From Lingula anatina (taxonomy: Eukaryota > Animalia > Brachiopoda), in contig CM120641.1 of assembly GCA_051362555.1 (NCBI GenBank), positions 6,944,001 through 7,008,000 of the forward strand: a stretch of 64,000 nt of DNA. The letters run 5' to 3'. The translations under genes were made by a program, and so were the position numbers. Shown here in pieces: positions 35,701 to 56,000 of the stretch. The notes below the pieces were generated by a model. The model searched no databases. It saw only the letters and a list, made by a program, of their open reading frames with translations, and had not been told where the DNA came from. Numbering within the stretch: the first letter of the stretch is position 1; every line of letters begins with the position of its first letter.

Positions 35701-38700
35701 CAATAAACTAAACCTTATCAGTTCTGCAATTGCAAATCAATATTCTTTTTTTTTCTACAGCTTATAAAGGATAATTGTCTGGATATACCATTATATATAT
35801 GTGAGCTACTTCTCTGACACAGTATTGGTTAACATATATTATTTACATATTTATAACAGAAGCCTTAATAATTAATAACACAATGTACTTGTTTCTAGAC
35901 AATCATAATACTTAAGACTAAAATTCAACAGGTATTTAACAGAGATGTAAGTAAATTCACTTAGGGATTTTAAATCTGCCTTGACTTTAATCTTGCCCAT
36001 GACATATATGTATTTAATAATTTATCTTACCAAACCTAATGCAATTTCTGACTGCTAAAACACCTGCATGTCTTTATAGAAAATACACTATTACGTAACA
36101 TGAGCTTTGCATGACTAAGTTACCTGAGCTTCCATACTTTTCTGCTGTCTGACTGACAATTATTTTGACTGCACATCAACCTCTTTATTAAGCTGACTTT
36201 ATTATATTAGTCTTAGGATTCATTCTCATTCAAACTATTGGTTTATCTAGATCATTCCTACTGAATTGTGGGCTCTTATTGCAATCAGTCCTGCAGAGTT
36301 GGATCAATCTATGTAATATGAAAGTTTCATTGGGAATGAGCCCTTAAAATGAATGGGACATGAAAGATGCATAATGTGCTTTATAGTCAACGGATGGCAA
36401 TATAAGAAAATAAAAATATAGGCACTTCACTGTCTTGGCCCTAAGGAGATATTAACCTGGGGACACAAGTTTTTTTAACTGGCTTAGACTGCAAAACTTG
36501 AATAATCAATTATGTAAAATTAACTTTTCTTTAATTGGTCTAGGAGCTTGACAAAGATAAGCCTACAGAAAATATTGCCCAACCCTTGTCACCATGCAAT
36601 GATATATTAATTATCACTGTCAAGACAATCATAACTTGCACTATATTCAAAATAAGGAAAGCAGTCTTAAATACAATAACTCTTAGGAGCATCACAAAGT
36701 CAGCTAAGATTCTCATTAATCTTTGCTAAGACCAATTGTCAACATTAGTCATTTTATGAAACCAGTCTTATAAGACATTATAAAATTAAGATTGACCCCT
36801 ATTATTGACTGGTGTTCCAAGTAAAAATGTATAGCCCATAACTTTTCATTGAACACAGGAATACTATCCTGGCCTTTCAATCTTGAAAGAGAAGACTATA
36901 CAAGTAACCTACCACATGTTCAAACAAGGCAGCAAAGCTGTCAAATGTACAGACAAAAAGCAGGAAATAACTATGCACAAAATAGGCTACTGTCAATTCA
37001 GATGCAAAAGTACATTATGTTAAACTGTAAATTCAACATCAAATTTTAATTATGCTCAACAGGTAATACCAATGAAAGTAAAATGTGTAACAAGCATAAG
37101 GCTTCAGGCCCATGAGAGTTCAAGTTCACACTTTGAAAATGTATAACTTCCAGAAAAAGAAGCCAATTAGACTGCTTTTCCAACTCAGGCTGCATGCCAA
37201 TTTTCGAACTTGACCTCCGTTTTAGTAAGATCGATTATTCCTGAGAGTTTCACGACAACAAGCCTATCGGTTTTCCTTGAAATGTGTTTACAGTGTTGCA
37301 TATATGCTGAAAAGTGAAAAAACAGCATAACTTCTACAATAATGGCCCGATCATGCTGATTTTAGAACTTGACCTGCGTTTTATGAATATTCATCAGCTC
37401 TGTAAATATAAAGCCAAAAAGTAAAACTGCCTTCCACTTATCGTGTTTACAAGGAAAGTGCACGGCAACGACGGCGACGGCGACGACAGACGCAGGTGAT
37501 GGCAATATGTACAGACACATCTGTATATATTTACTGTACTGTTTGAGAACAGTAAGTGACATGGTTTTTCTTAAATGGTCATCATGGGAGCAGTGCCCAA
37601 AATAGGTTTTTTTCAAATTTTGATGCAATATTACATAATGTTTAACAGCATGATGACCATCAATTTTTAAGAATAAAATATTAGTATCATGGATATTCAG
37701 AAAATGTGACTAGCAAAGGTCTTCAGGCCCATGGAACTTCAAAGTCACAACTTGAAAATGCCAAAATGTAAACAAGACAGCACTGTTCTGAAATGTTTTT
37801 TTTCCCATTTTTAACAATTTTTAACATAAAACAAAATTAACAGTTTACTGCCATTTTTATATTATCAACTAAGAAAATTGATGAGATGGGAAAAATATCA
37901 ACAGAGCAGTGTTAAATGTCCAATTTCTTCCATTCTGAGATTCTGAACATAGTGAATGATTGAATCTGACAAACCGAATGATATGAGTTTATTTCCATTT
38001 TTGAAACTTTATTACACAATACATGATAACAAGTTTACCATCATTTTTACAAAATCAACTAACAATGTTGTAAAGATGCAGGAAATGTCAAACAAAAACT
38101 TTTACGTATCTTATTAGTTTAATAATGAGACTGTTAACATGCCTAAGAATTGAATCTGAGGAAATGTGAAAAATATGCTGAAAAGTGAAAAAACAGCATA
38201 ACTTATACAATAATGGCCCGATCATGCTGATTTTCGAACTTGACCTGCGTTTTATGAATATTCATCAGCTCTGTAAATATAAAGCCAAAAAGTAAAACTG
38301 CCCTCCACTTATCGTGTTTACAAGGAAAGTGCACGGCGCCGGCATCGGCATCGGCATCGCCATCGCCATCGCCATCGCCATCGCCATCGGCGACGACAGA
38401 CGCAGGTGATGGCAATATGTACAGACACATCTGTGTCTGTACATAATAAAAAGCTTGACCCCTTTATTTGTTTCCCACCTGCTTAGAAAACATCAAACTT
38501 TGAAATGAAATAAAACAAATGCAAATCTTTTGAACATCTTTGGTTCTTCAATTATTATCAAATCCCATCTGAATTCATATAACAGGTATTAACCACTTCA
38601 CGAATATTAAATTTTTGTTTTGACTTAGCAAAACAAATACGCGTCTCAACAAAAACAACAATAACAAAGGGCCCATACTCAAGTCCGAGTCCTCGCAAGT

Positions 38701-38884
38701 GTTGACCGATCAATCGGACGATGTCCCGGTCACTTTTGGTCAAAACTTTTGGACATCGAGCTAGACTAGTCTCTGTCCCAGCCTGTCCATTACTCAAAGT
38801 CAGACTGGCTCCATTTTGGTGGACCTGCGACGACGTGGAAGCAGCAACCTCCCCGTTATGCTGAGGGCAGCCATTAGCTTGCAT
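29776..38884 (-). CDS. WDR26: WD repeat-containing protein 26 (GID7, CTLH E3 ligase subunit), multi-exon; coordinates are from the first AUG (see finding on the upstream non-AUG extension)
   Basis: Starts MQANG. LisH region [15 protein letters not shown]|[13 protein letters not shown]; CTLH region; [20 protein letters not shown]; WD40 exons ([47 protein letters not shown]). The last exon encodes [13 protein letters not shown] followed by TAG TAG. Confidence 0.95.
36923..38446 (-). mobile_element. Helentron-associated non-autonomous element (HINE/DINE-like), rearranged or composite copy, in WDR26 intron 1
   Basis: Terminal 12-bp hairpin TGTACAGACACA..TGTGTCTGTACA at about 38419-38443. Matching sub-terminal ATGTACAGACA near 36945. 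Small stem-loop and a CTTG|TT end on the - strand. (CGCCAT/CGGCAT)n microsatellite. Extensive identity with 52926-54870. Confidence 0.75.
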
Positions 38885-39090
38885 GTTACTGGCAGACACT
38901 CGAAGCTTTTTCCTCGGCGGAGAGGGGCTTCCACCGTCGTCGGGCTCGGAGGACGATTCCAGTATGACGACCAAACTTCAATGCGGCCGGCAGCAACCGA
39001 GACGGGAATCTCACTGCGCCAAGGTCCAGCCTCTCCAAAGATTTTTTAATCAGCTGATGAAAACACTGTCGACTTGCTTTATTTTGATGA

Positions 39091-39102
39091 GTGACGTCAT
39101 GA
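39091..39102. promoter_or_regulatory. CRE element upstream of WDR26
   Basis: GTGACGTCATGA lies about 120 bp upstream of the candidate non-AUG start, in a CpG-enriched region. Confidence 0.55.
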
Positions 39103-39203
39103 GTGCCGCAAGGACTTGTGGGAGATTGCAATTTCAAATCACACCTGATGCATTTGTTGCCCAACGACAACCCCTCTTCTCCCCCTGAAAAAAAGACCTG
39201 TTA

Positions 39204-39371
39204 CAGGGGCGGATCCAGAGCTATTTTCTGACAGTCTTCCAAATTATATTTATTGATCTATCCTCCAATTTTGACCGTCTTCCAACAGAAAAAATAAGAT
39301 ACCTTTAAATGAAAACTTGAAAATCTGACCGTCTTCTGGAAGATCCAGAAGACGGCCTAAATCCGCCCCTG
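39204..39371 (+). mobile_element. MITE with CAGGGGCGGAT terminal inverted repeats and a 5-bp TSD (TGTTA), possibly hAT-like
   Basis: TGTTA|CAGGGGCGGAT ... ATCCGCCCCTG|TGTTA, with internal GACNGTCTTC repeats. An inverted second copy lies at 42798-42959. Confidence 0.8.
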
Positions 39372-39565
39372 TGTTACAACAGAAAAACATCAAACTACCA
39401 AATAACCCCTAAGGAAAATTGACATAGATTAAAGAACCTACATGTGAAAAATAAAACAACTAGAGCAACTAAATTAAGTGTCTTATAAGGCTGTGGATGG
39501 TTATTTTCTAGCAATGTACGCCCTTACACATATGACAATACTAGTATCGGCTAATAATGAATGCA

Positions 39566-39740
39566 GGGGGCCGTAGCGATAGTCCGAAGGTTCAATAGTT
39601 CGAAGGTTCATTGGTCCGAATGTTCACTATAGAACCTTCGGACCAATGAACCCTTGATTAAAAAATCGATGAAAATGTTACCACTTTTCGGACCAATGAA
39701 CCTTCGGACCAATGAACCTTCGGACTATCGAGACGCCCCC
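39566..39740. mobile_element. Foldback-like MITE built from inverted arrays of a ~16-bp unit
   Basis: Left arm GGGGGCCGTAGCGATAGTCCGAAGGTTCA(..) and right arm (..)TGAACCTTCGGACTATCGAGACGCCCCC. A related degenerate ACCCTCGGA array lies at about 43730-43897. Confidence 0.7.
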
Positions 39741-39747
39741 AGTAATA

Positions 39748-40020
39748 CAGGGGCGGATCCAAGATTATTTGAAGGGGGTCCGCGGATGCAAAGCCAACCC
39801 CCCCCCCTTCTTGGCGTGGGGTTCGGGGTCCGCTGAAGGGCCCCGAAAATTTTTGATCTTTTAGAAGGCGAATGGTGCCATTTGGTATGGTTTAGAGCTA
39901 TGATCCAACTAGTCAAAATTCTAATTTCAAGAGGGGAATATTGGTGTGATATATTTTTCAGAAACCGAAGGGGGGGGGGGGGTCAGGACCCCCCTGAACC
40001 CCCCTCTAAATTCGCCACTG
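39748..40020. mobile_element. Second MITE family with CAGGGGCGGAT-type TIRs and a GC-rich interior
   Basis: CAGGGGCGGATCC ... AATTCGCCACTG. The interior differs from the 39204 element and there is no clear TSD. Confidence 0.6.
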
Positions 40021-40173
40021 TTGATACACGGGATTTTCAATTATTTTGCTGTACTTTCTTATTATCTAAAAGATAGGCCCTATCAAAATAACTTAAAAGC
40101 TTTTTTAGAATTTGCAAAAAAAAAAAAAATCAATAGAGCCTAAAAACCCACTAAAAATAAATCAACAACAACA

Positions 40174-40174
<1 letters not shown>

Positions 40175-40234
<60 letters not shown>
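40175..40234. repeat. (ATT)n microsatellite
   Basis: Directly visible in the sequence. Confidence 0.95.
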
Positions 40235-40236
<2 letters not shown>

Positions 40237-40451
40237 GTTGGAATAAAAGTGAGGTTGGAGAGATTTTTCATGATGTGCACTGTTAAGGGGGATATGCAAA
40301 ATCCTATGTCAAAAGGCGTTTCATTGTCCAGAGCATCATGGCAGTATAATTTGCATTGACACAGACATCTTTATAATCACCATCGAACTCAACGACGTTA
40401 TCATAGGAAAATTAATTTTTTGGTCACAATGAACAGTTGTTATCCTTTTAA

Positions 40452-47509
<7,058 letters not shown>

Positions 47510-50008
47510 GATGTTTCAATGATGCTGTTGCCATCATGTAATCATGATATTTGAAACCAATCGAGACCCATATGGCGGTAGACTGGCAAAGTGAAATTTG
47601 TAACAAAGAATTTGACAAATTGTGCAAAAAACCTTTTGTGCTCTCAGTTTACCGATTCATTTATTAATTTACTATTTAGGTAACTGAATTTGAACTATTT
47701 TCAGTAATTTTTTGGGGTGTTCGAGTTATAATTATTATCTGAATCCCTTAATGAATGTTACTTATAAGAAAAAATTATCTTGCTTTCAGTTGTATAAGGA
47801 TTAATCAACTGTGATTATCTTGGCTACATCTCCTTGATAGGACTATCATAAAATTGCAGATACTTTCATATGATGTGGATTAAACTGTATTCATATTATT
47901 TACACTGAACAAAAAATATTAACTCCCCATGTGAATAAATTGTCAAATGTAATGAGCTACATTCAATAATCTGTAGCACGTTGAACAACAAAATTCACTC
48001 TGTATGATTTAATACATACATCATAACAGTGATAAAATCTTTAAAGCACTGTGTGGGAGACTGTGGGACACATATTTTAGCTCAGTGTTAATCAATTCTA
48101 CCTATTTGCAATAGACTGTGCTAATCTTCATTGAATTACTAATAAATTATGAGTTCAGAAAGCCTGTTGAGCACTGTTTTTGTGAGTTATATTAGTCACA
48201 GCATGTCAGTACATACAGCCATCACCTGGGTATGTCCCTGCTGTCACAGCTTACACAATATTTGGAAAACCTTGTGACTAATTATCTTTCAACTTGTTGG
48301 AGTGATTTATGGTTCAATATATAAATACAGGGCAAGTTTGAATAGCTGCTTTATTGGATTGTTTTTCTGAAGGTTTTGAATTTTTTGGTGAGATTTTCAT
48401 TTGGGAATTCTAGTGTGTGACTGAAATCCCCTGGAAGCCCTTTGCTATTAACATTTTCTGAATGTGCATGTTACTGGTACTTTATTAAGATAAGTGGTGA
48501 ATAAGGCTTTTAAACAGTATGTGATATTGCATCAAAATTGACAAAAATCCTTTATTTTGCAGTCACCATAAAAAGAGATGAAAAGAAAAATGTCTTCGTT
48601 GAAATTTATGCAATAAATATTGTTATAGTGTCTGTCAGAGACAATAACAAAATATTGTATGATTAAATTTGGAACAATTATTAAAAACTACAGTGGCTGG
48701 TCACCAAATGCTCCGACATCTTACATATAAGCAGATGACTGATTGAAACAACAGACTTCCTTTACATTTTAGTGTTTTTCATGACAGGTGAAAATGCCTA
48801 CTTCTCATCCTGAAAGCATTCTCGGCAAAACATGCAAAAAATTGTTTGCGAGGTCAGGTACACCACTTGATTGTAAAGTGTACAAAAAGTTGACTTTAGT
48901 CAGATGTGTTCATAACATGCACTCGTTCATTAAAAATCGAATTATGATTCTGATAATGTATCGGATTTTAGTGCCCGAAAATAAGATATGATGGATGGAA
49001 AATCCACATTTATTTTAAAATTGGATGCTTCTAGGGAAAGATGTCATTCACTTGTCCTCATTTACCAAACGTCAATTACATGAGGCCATGATGTGCAATA
49101 TAGTAATGGAAGAAAAACAACGCTGTATTTTTTATAAGATGGCATTTTTATGATCAATTTTCTAATCTGACACATTATTAATTAAGTTCTAAAAGGTTTT
49201 TTCCCATTAAGAACAGTATGAGGAATATCTGCTACATGATATGACATATAAAAAACTGACAAATACATATAAAGTGAAGTTTAAGTATTTTGAAAGAAAA
49301 TCACTTTTAGTAAAAATAGGTCATTCACTCACTGTATGTATATATAATAGTAAAAGAATACAAACAAGTAAATGAAATTGGGATTTAGTAGTAAATCTAA
49401 AGTTGCTACTCCTTCAAAAATTACTCTGTATTAAGAGACAGCATGAGGAAAAGCAGAGCTGTTTCCACTAGTAAAATACACGAAATACTTCAGTACATGA
49501 AAATAGAAACAGAAAAATTAAAACTGACCAAAATGTGATTCTAAGATAATCCTAGTAATAAAATCATTCTCATTTCCTCTTCACATTGTATAAATTCATC
49601 TAAATGATAAATACTGCTCGTTAACCAAATAATATTTTTTTCTTCCAAAACAGTGTCTTAAGTCTTCTACCTAATAAATAATAAACTTTGACACTGTAAC
49701 TATAATATTTACTATGACACTGAGGGATTGCCAGAGCACCAGAATAAAACAATTAAGTGGTCTCAATATAAAAACATTGAATTATTGGCATCTGTGTTAT
49801 ATTCAAACCCCAAAAAGTTAAAAAAAACTATTAAAATAATTCATGTTTGAAACACCATTACAAATTGTCTTTTCACTCCACCATTTCTTAAGTTTATAAT
49901 AAAATGAAACCTGGTAAAACCTTTAAAAACTCTACAGGACTGTACATGTACAAATGACAATTGTCAAATACTGTTGAATTACTGAGCCTTCCTTCCCCCA
50001 CTCTCCTG

Positions 50009-53000
50009 TCATGTCTTGTAGCGTTCCTGTGGCAGTAGACCTGCACGATGACAAGTGAGGCAACAGAACTTTGAGAAATACTTGTGATCACATAGATTGG
50101 CCTCCACAATGAGGCTGCAGTCAGCGTAGAATGGCTGGTCCAAACAACCAGGGGGCGGAGGGATGACTAAAAAGATATGGTGTATACGTTCTTAACAAAA
50201 GATATGTGGGATGACATGTTGCATTTGGTTTGATGACTTACATGGGATAAAATAATGCAAGTTGTGGAATTTAATAAGAAAGATACATTCTACAGATTTT
50301 AAGACATACTGCACAGGCTAGCTGTCTAGTTTCACGATGCTGGAATTTTGTGTTTTACTGCATGAAGAACATGTTATGTAGAAAGTATGATACTAAAACA
50401 CTTATCATTGCAAAAGGAGAATAAGTTAAATTAAAATGTATTGTAATGTAATAAATTTCCACTCACATTTTGGCTTGACTGTGATAGTTGAGGTGGCAGT
50501 GACAGTCTGCACATCGTTGGAAGCTCTGCATGTGTAGTTTCCACTGTCTGAGGGGATAGCTTGAAGAATGGACAGATCTCCTCTGTCAACCTGATCAAAA
50601 AAAAAAAATAATAATAATAATAATAAAATAATAATAATAATAAATAAATAAAATAAAAATAATAAAATAACACAACTATTAGTTAGTGATCCAGTGTGTT
50701 GCCAGTTTATGTAAGGAGTACCACTGTATTTTGTAAGTTGTATTACTTGTGGCAAATTACTTAATTGTACTGATAAGAAAAAAAAAAAGATAAAAATTGA
50801 TTTGTATGATGTATTTAAAAGAGGTTAATCAGGAATAATAAATAACAAAGTTACACATGTACTCAAAAAGTTCAATCATTAAAAAGTGAAAGAAAAAAGA
50901 AGAGTTTTGTGTTAAATTGCTAATTATGAAAAATAATCGAAAATCAAAAATACTGTTCCTTACTCTTAATAGGAAGTCTCCCTCAGGAAGCACCTGCCCA
51001 TCCTTGAGCCACTCCAGCCTGGGGACAGGATAGCCTAGTGCTCGGCATGATATGTTCACAGTGTCATCCTCAGTGTATGTGGTATTGTGCACAAGAATTT
51101 GAACAGAGACATCCTCTGGAAGTCGACAAATATACGACATATGATGACATAGTCAGGATACTTTCAAAATTAATAAAACAATTATCTTACCTAATCAATC
51201 ATTTTAAGTCCTTGTGATAGCTTGTTTCATAACATTTGATCAAAAATCAAATGGATTTTCTTAAATTTGAATAGGATTCAATCAATTTTTTCATTAAATC
51301 AATAACAGTCTTATGAAAGATTTGGATCTCTATTTTCCTGATAACCTAACAAATTGGCAGCTTTGGAGCACAATATCAGTTAACAGTAGGCGGGGAAGTG
51401 GACACAGGTTTTGGAAGTCTCTGCTGCTTGGGCCAAAACTATTTTATCACAGAGACAGGAAAAGATACTTGAATGGATGTAAGTCTTTGTATTTTTGTGA
51501 AGAATCCCCAAAGTTCATTTTCAGAATTCATATGTTAAATCTAGTATTCTGATCACAGGTGTATCTTTCATCAAAGCCTAGACTTCTCGTTGCAAACTTA
51601 CGCTCTAAACTCAAAGTGACAGTCCTCTGAACCAGACTTATGCCATTGTCAGCAGTACACAAATAGTCTCCTTCATCTTGAGGGTAAGCATCTGCTATGG
51701 TCAGAGTGTTGTTCTCATCCACACTGATTCTGCCATCATTGATGACAACCTCTCCTCTCCTACTCCAGGTTACATTGGGGGCGGGGTTGCCAAATGCTTC
51801 ACAGAGCAATGAGACAGAGGCTCGGGGTTCCACAATGACCACAGAGGGTCCAGGAGCAATTGTTACTGGAACTGTGATTTTGGCATGGGAGTAAGTATAC
51901 AAAACTGCATTCATTTTGCCAAATCCATCAATAAATAAAATAAATAAGTAAATGATAAAAAAATAAGAAATTAAAAGAAAAATAATTCTAACTGCATTAG
52001 TCTAGATCTAAAAAATCTGCAAGAATATACACTTTTAAATAATTCATATTAAGACATCTTAAGACACATACTTAATTACAGCTTAAGATGATCCTGAGTC
52101 ATTTATATACATACTTGTGACAGTGACAGTATAGTCTCTGAGAGCTGAGCGTCCCACACCATTGTAAGCTCTGCATATAAATCCTGTAGAATCTGAGGCA
52201 TTAGCCTTGGTAATATCCAGAGAACCATCTGGGAGGACTCGGTATCTCCTCATTAAATATGGGACAATTGGGAATCTACAAAACAATACAGAAAATTCAA
52301 CTCAGAATCAAGTGTTTTTTTTTTGTGCTTTTAGTAAATTCGTCTCATGGCGTATGTTTATTTACAATTTTATTAACTTTTCATGGTAATATATGGTACA
52401 CATTAACTGCATATTGTTTCATATTCTACCCTTAGATGTTGTAGTCTGTAATGATGGGGTTAATTGTGTTTATGGAATGAAAAATATTCAATGAATAACA
52501 TGCAGTCTTCACTCTGCTGTAAGTTACCATCCACTAAAACGTCAGGTAAAAATCCAAAATTGATATGAAATTTCACAGTGCCACTGTATGAATATCAATA
52601 ACAAATCAAATGCTTAACTATCACCTAGTAACTACTGAAAAATTATGTTGGATACCCAAACTGACCTGTTTTTATACCAGGTGATCTGTGGCATGGGAGA
52701 TCCCTGGGCAGTGCAGGTCAGGGTGACTGACCCTCCAGCCTCTACTGTGTATTCTGTATCCCCAACATCCAGTATGATGGGGGCCTCCTCTGGGCACCCC
52801 TGCAGGCTGTACCCCTGGGCTGGTGTCTCATTGTCTAGACAGCAGCCATAATCACTGGTCTCACAGCCTAACTCTGGAGCCTCTGTGGTTGGCACTGAAA
52901 TATATATAGTATAATATAATAGATTAACAAGGCAGTAAAGCTGTCAAATGTACAGACAAAAAGAAGGAAAAAAACAAAATAGGGTACTGGCAATTCTGAT

Positions 53001-56000
53001 GCAAAAGTACATTATGTTAAACTGCAAATTCAACATCAAATTTTAATTATGCTCAACAGGTAATTCCAATGTAAGTAAAATGTGTAACAAGCATAAGGCT
53101 TCAGCCCCATAGGAGTTCAAGTTCACACTCTGAAAATGTATAACTTCCAGAAAAAGAAGTCAATTAGACTGCTTTTCCAACTCAGGCTGCATTTTAGTCC
53201 TGTATTTCTTTTTTGATCATAAGTAACATGGTTTTCCCATAATGGTTTTCATGGCAGCAGCACCCAAAATTGTGTGTTCTTCTATTCTGATGCAATATCA
53301 CATAATGGTTAACAGCATAATGACAATCAATTTTTAATAATAAAATAAAGGTATCATGGATTTTCAGAAAATGTGACTAGCATGGGTCTTCAAGCCTGTG
53401 GAACTTAGACCCATGTTTCTTTCCTGTAAGTTTGAGAACAGTAAGTGACATGATTTCCCTTAAATGGTCATCATAGGAGCAGTGCACAAAATAGGGGTTT
53501 CTTCAAATTTTGATGCAACATTACATAATGTTTAACAGCATAATGACAATCAAATGTTATTAATAAAATATTGGTATTATGGATATTCAGTAAATGCGAC
53601 AAGCAAAAGTCTTCAGGATCATGGAACTTTAAAGTCACACCTTGAAAATGCCAATATGTGAAAAATTAAACTTTCACAAAAAAACTGTTTAACCGGCAGA
53701 AAGAATTACCAAACAGATTGCATTGCCTACTGAAACTGTATTTAAGTCCCATGTTTCTTTCTGTAAGTTTGAGAACAGTAAATGACATGGTTTTCCTTAA
53801 ATGGTCATCATGGGAGCAGTGCCCAAAATAGGTTTATTTTCAAATTTTGATGCAATATTACATAATGTTTAACAGCATAATGATCATCAATTTTTAATAA
53901 TATCATGTATATTCAGAAAATGTGACTAGCAAAGGTCTTCATGCCCATGGAACTTCAAAGTGACACCTTGAATATGCCAAAATGTAAACTAGACAGCACT
54001 GTGCTGAAATGGGTTTATTTCCATTTTTAACACTTTTTTAATATAAGATGAAATAAACAGTTTACTGCCATTTTTATATGATCAATAGAACTGTGTCAAA
54101 TGTCCAATTTCCTCCATTCTGACATTCTGAACATAGTAAATGATTGAATCTGACTGATATGAGTTTATTTCCATTTTTGACACTTTATTACACAATACAC
54201 GATAACAAGTTTACCATCATTTCTACATAATCAACTAACAATGTTGTAAAGATGCAGGAAATGTCAAACAAACACTTTTATGTGTCTTATTAATTAAATA
54301 ATAAGACTGTTAACATGCCTAAGAATTGAATTTGAGGAAATGTGAAAAAACAGCATGACTTCTAAAACAATGGCCCGATTATACTAATTTTCAAACTCAA
54401 CCTGCATTTTAGTAAGATTGACCACTCCTGTGAGTTTAATGACAATTGGTCTATCTGTTTTTCTTATATTGTGTTTACAGTGTTGCATATATGCTAAATA
54501 GTGAAAAAAGAGCATAACTACTAAAATAGTGGCCCGATTTTCGAACTTGACCTGCGTTTTAGTAAGATTGATTACTCCTGTGAGTTTCATGACAACAGGC
54601 CTATCAGTTTTCCTTAAAATGTGTTAACAGGGTTGCATATATGCTGAAAAGTGAAAAAACAGCATAACTTCTACAATAATGGCCCGATCATGCTGATTTT
54701 CGAACTTGACCTGCGTTTTATGAATATTCATCAGCTCTGTAAATATAAAGCCAAAAAGTAAAACTGCCCTCCACTTATCGTGTAAACAAGGAAAATGCAC
54801 GGCGCCGGCATCGGCGACGACAGACGCAGGTGATGGCAATATGTGCAGACACATCTGTGTCTGTACATAAAAAGAACAAATTTTATGATATCTGGTTGCT
54901 GTATGTTAATATCAGTCCTACCAGTTGGTGTCACAGCTAAGTCACTGTAATAATAGCTATGGATACATATACCTATACATTAGACAAAGTGAAGAAGATC
55001 AGGAAAAAAACTTCTCTTGATAACACAGACCTACCATTCATATTGTTGAAAAACTCCTCTGAAACATTATGTCCAACAGTTAACTATAACAGAAACATTA
55101 CTTTTTTAACAAAAGTATTAATTTGACTGTCATCAGCTCACCCTCTTCATAAGGAGCCACACACTGTGTGCCACATCCGTTAAAGCAGCACTTGTGGTCT
55201 CCATCACAGTCCAGGTCCACGTTACACATCTGCTGGCACTCACTGGGGTGATCTGCCCCAAACGCAGGGCAGGCTCCTGGCTTGATTCCTGAAGTAGGCA
55301 GTGTAGTATATTTTAATTAGAAATAAGACAGTTGGGGTTTTAAAAGCAATGCTGTGTGTTTGCAAAATTATGTTTAAGAAAATGTCACCTTTATATCAAG
55401 TTTGTCTGAGAGGAAAAGATAAATACGATTGAAGCCATTTACTGCCCTCTCTTAAAAAAAAAATCAAACTCCATCTGTTCAGTACACTCATGACAGCAGG
55501 CAACTGCTTCTAAAATATTCACTGCATTAGAAGTGATTTTGTGTGACTGAGCACAAGCTGTGTTGGATGTTCCAGTTCTCTGATAGTCCAACTATGTCAA
55601 TATTGAGTTTAATACCCTCTTGTATGTTGGCATTCAAATGTGATAACTGGTAGTTTTGGTCTGGTATTCAATCATAAAATTCAGAAGTTCGAGAGAGACA
55701 GATGTAACTTACTTGCATTGAAATCTACTTAAAAGTTTTACTGAAGTTGCTCTGTACAAATGTGCTCCATAAAACCTTGTTTGATATGAGCATGTCACCT
55801 ACCCTTCTTTTGGGTTTATATATAATCTAATCTTTGAGCAGTGTAATATTGGCAAAGCTATATGTTCAAATAGTGGAGTTATTGGTCATTTTCACTATTA
55901 CAGCAATCAGTAATCTTAATAGATTTTGAGGGTAATACGATTGTTTCTTAGAGTATTCTAAATAGTACATGTATTCTCAGAGTAATTTTAGTATCACTTA

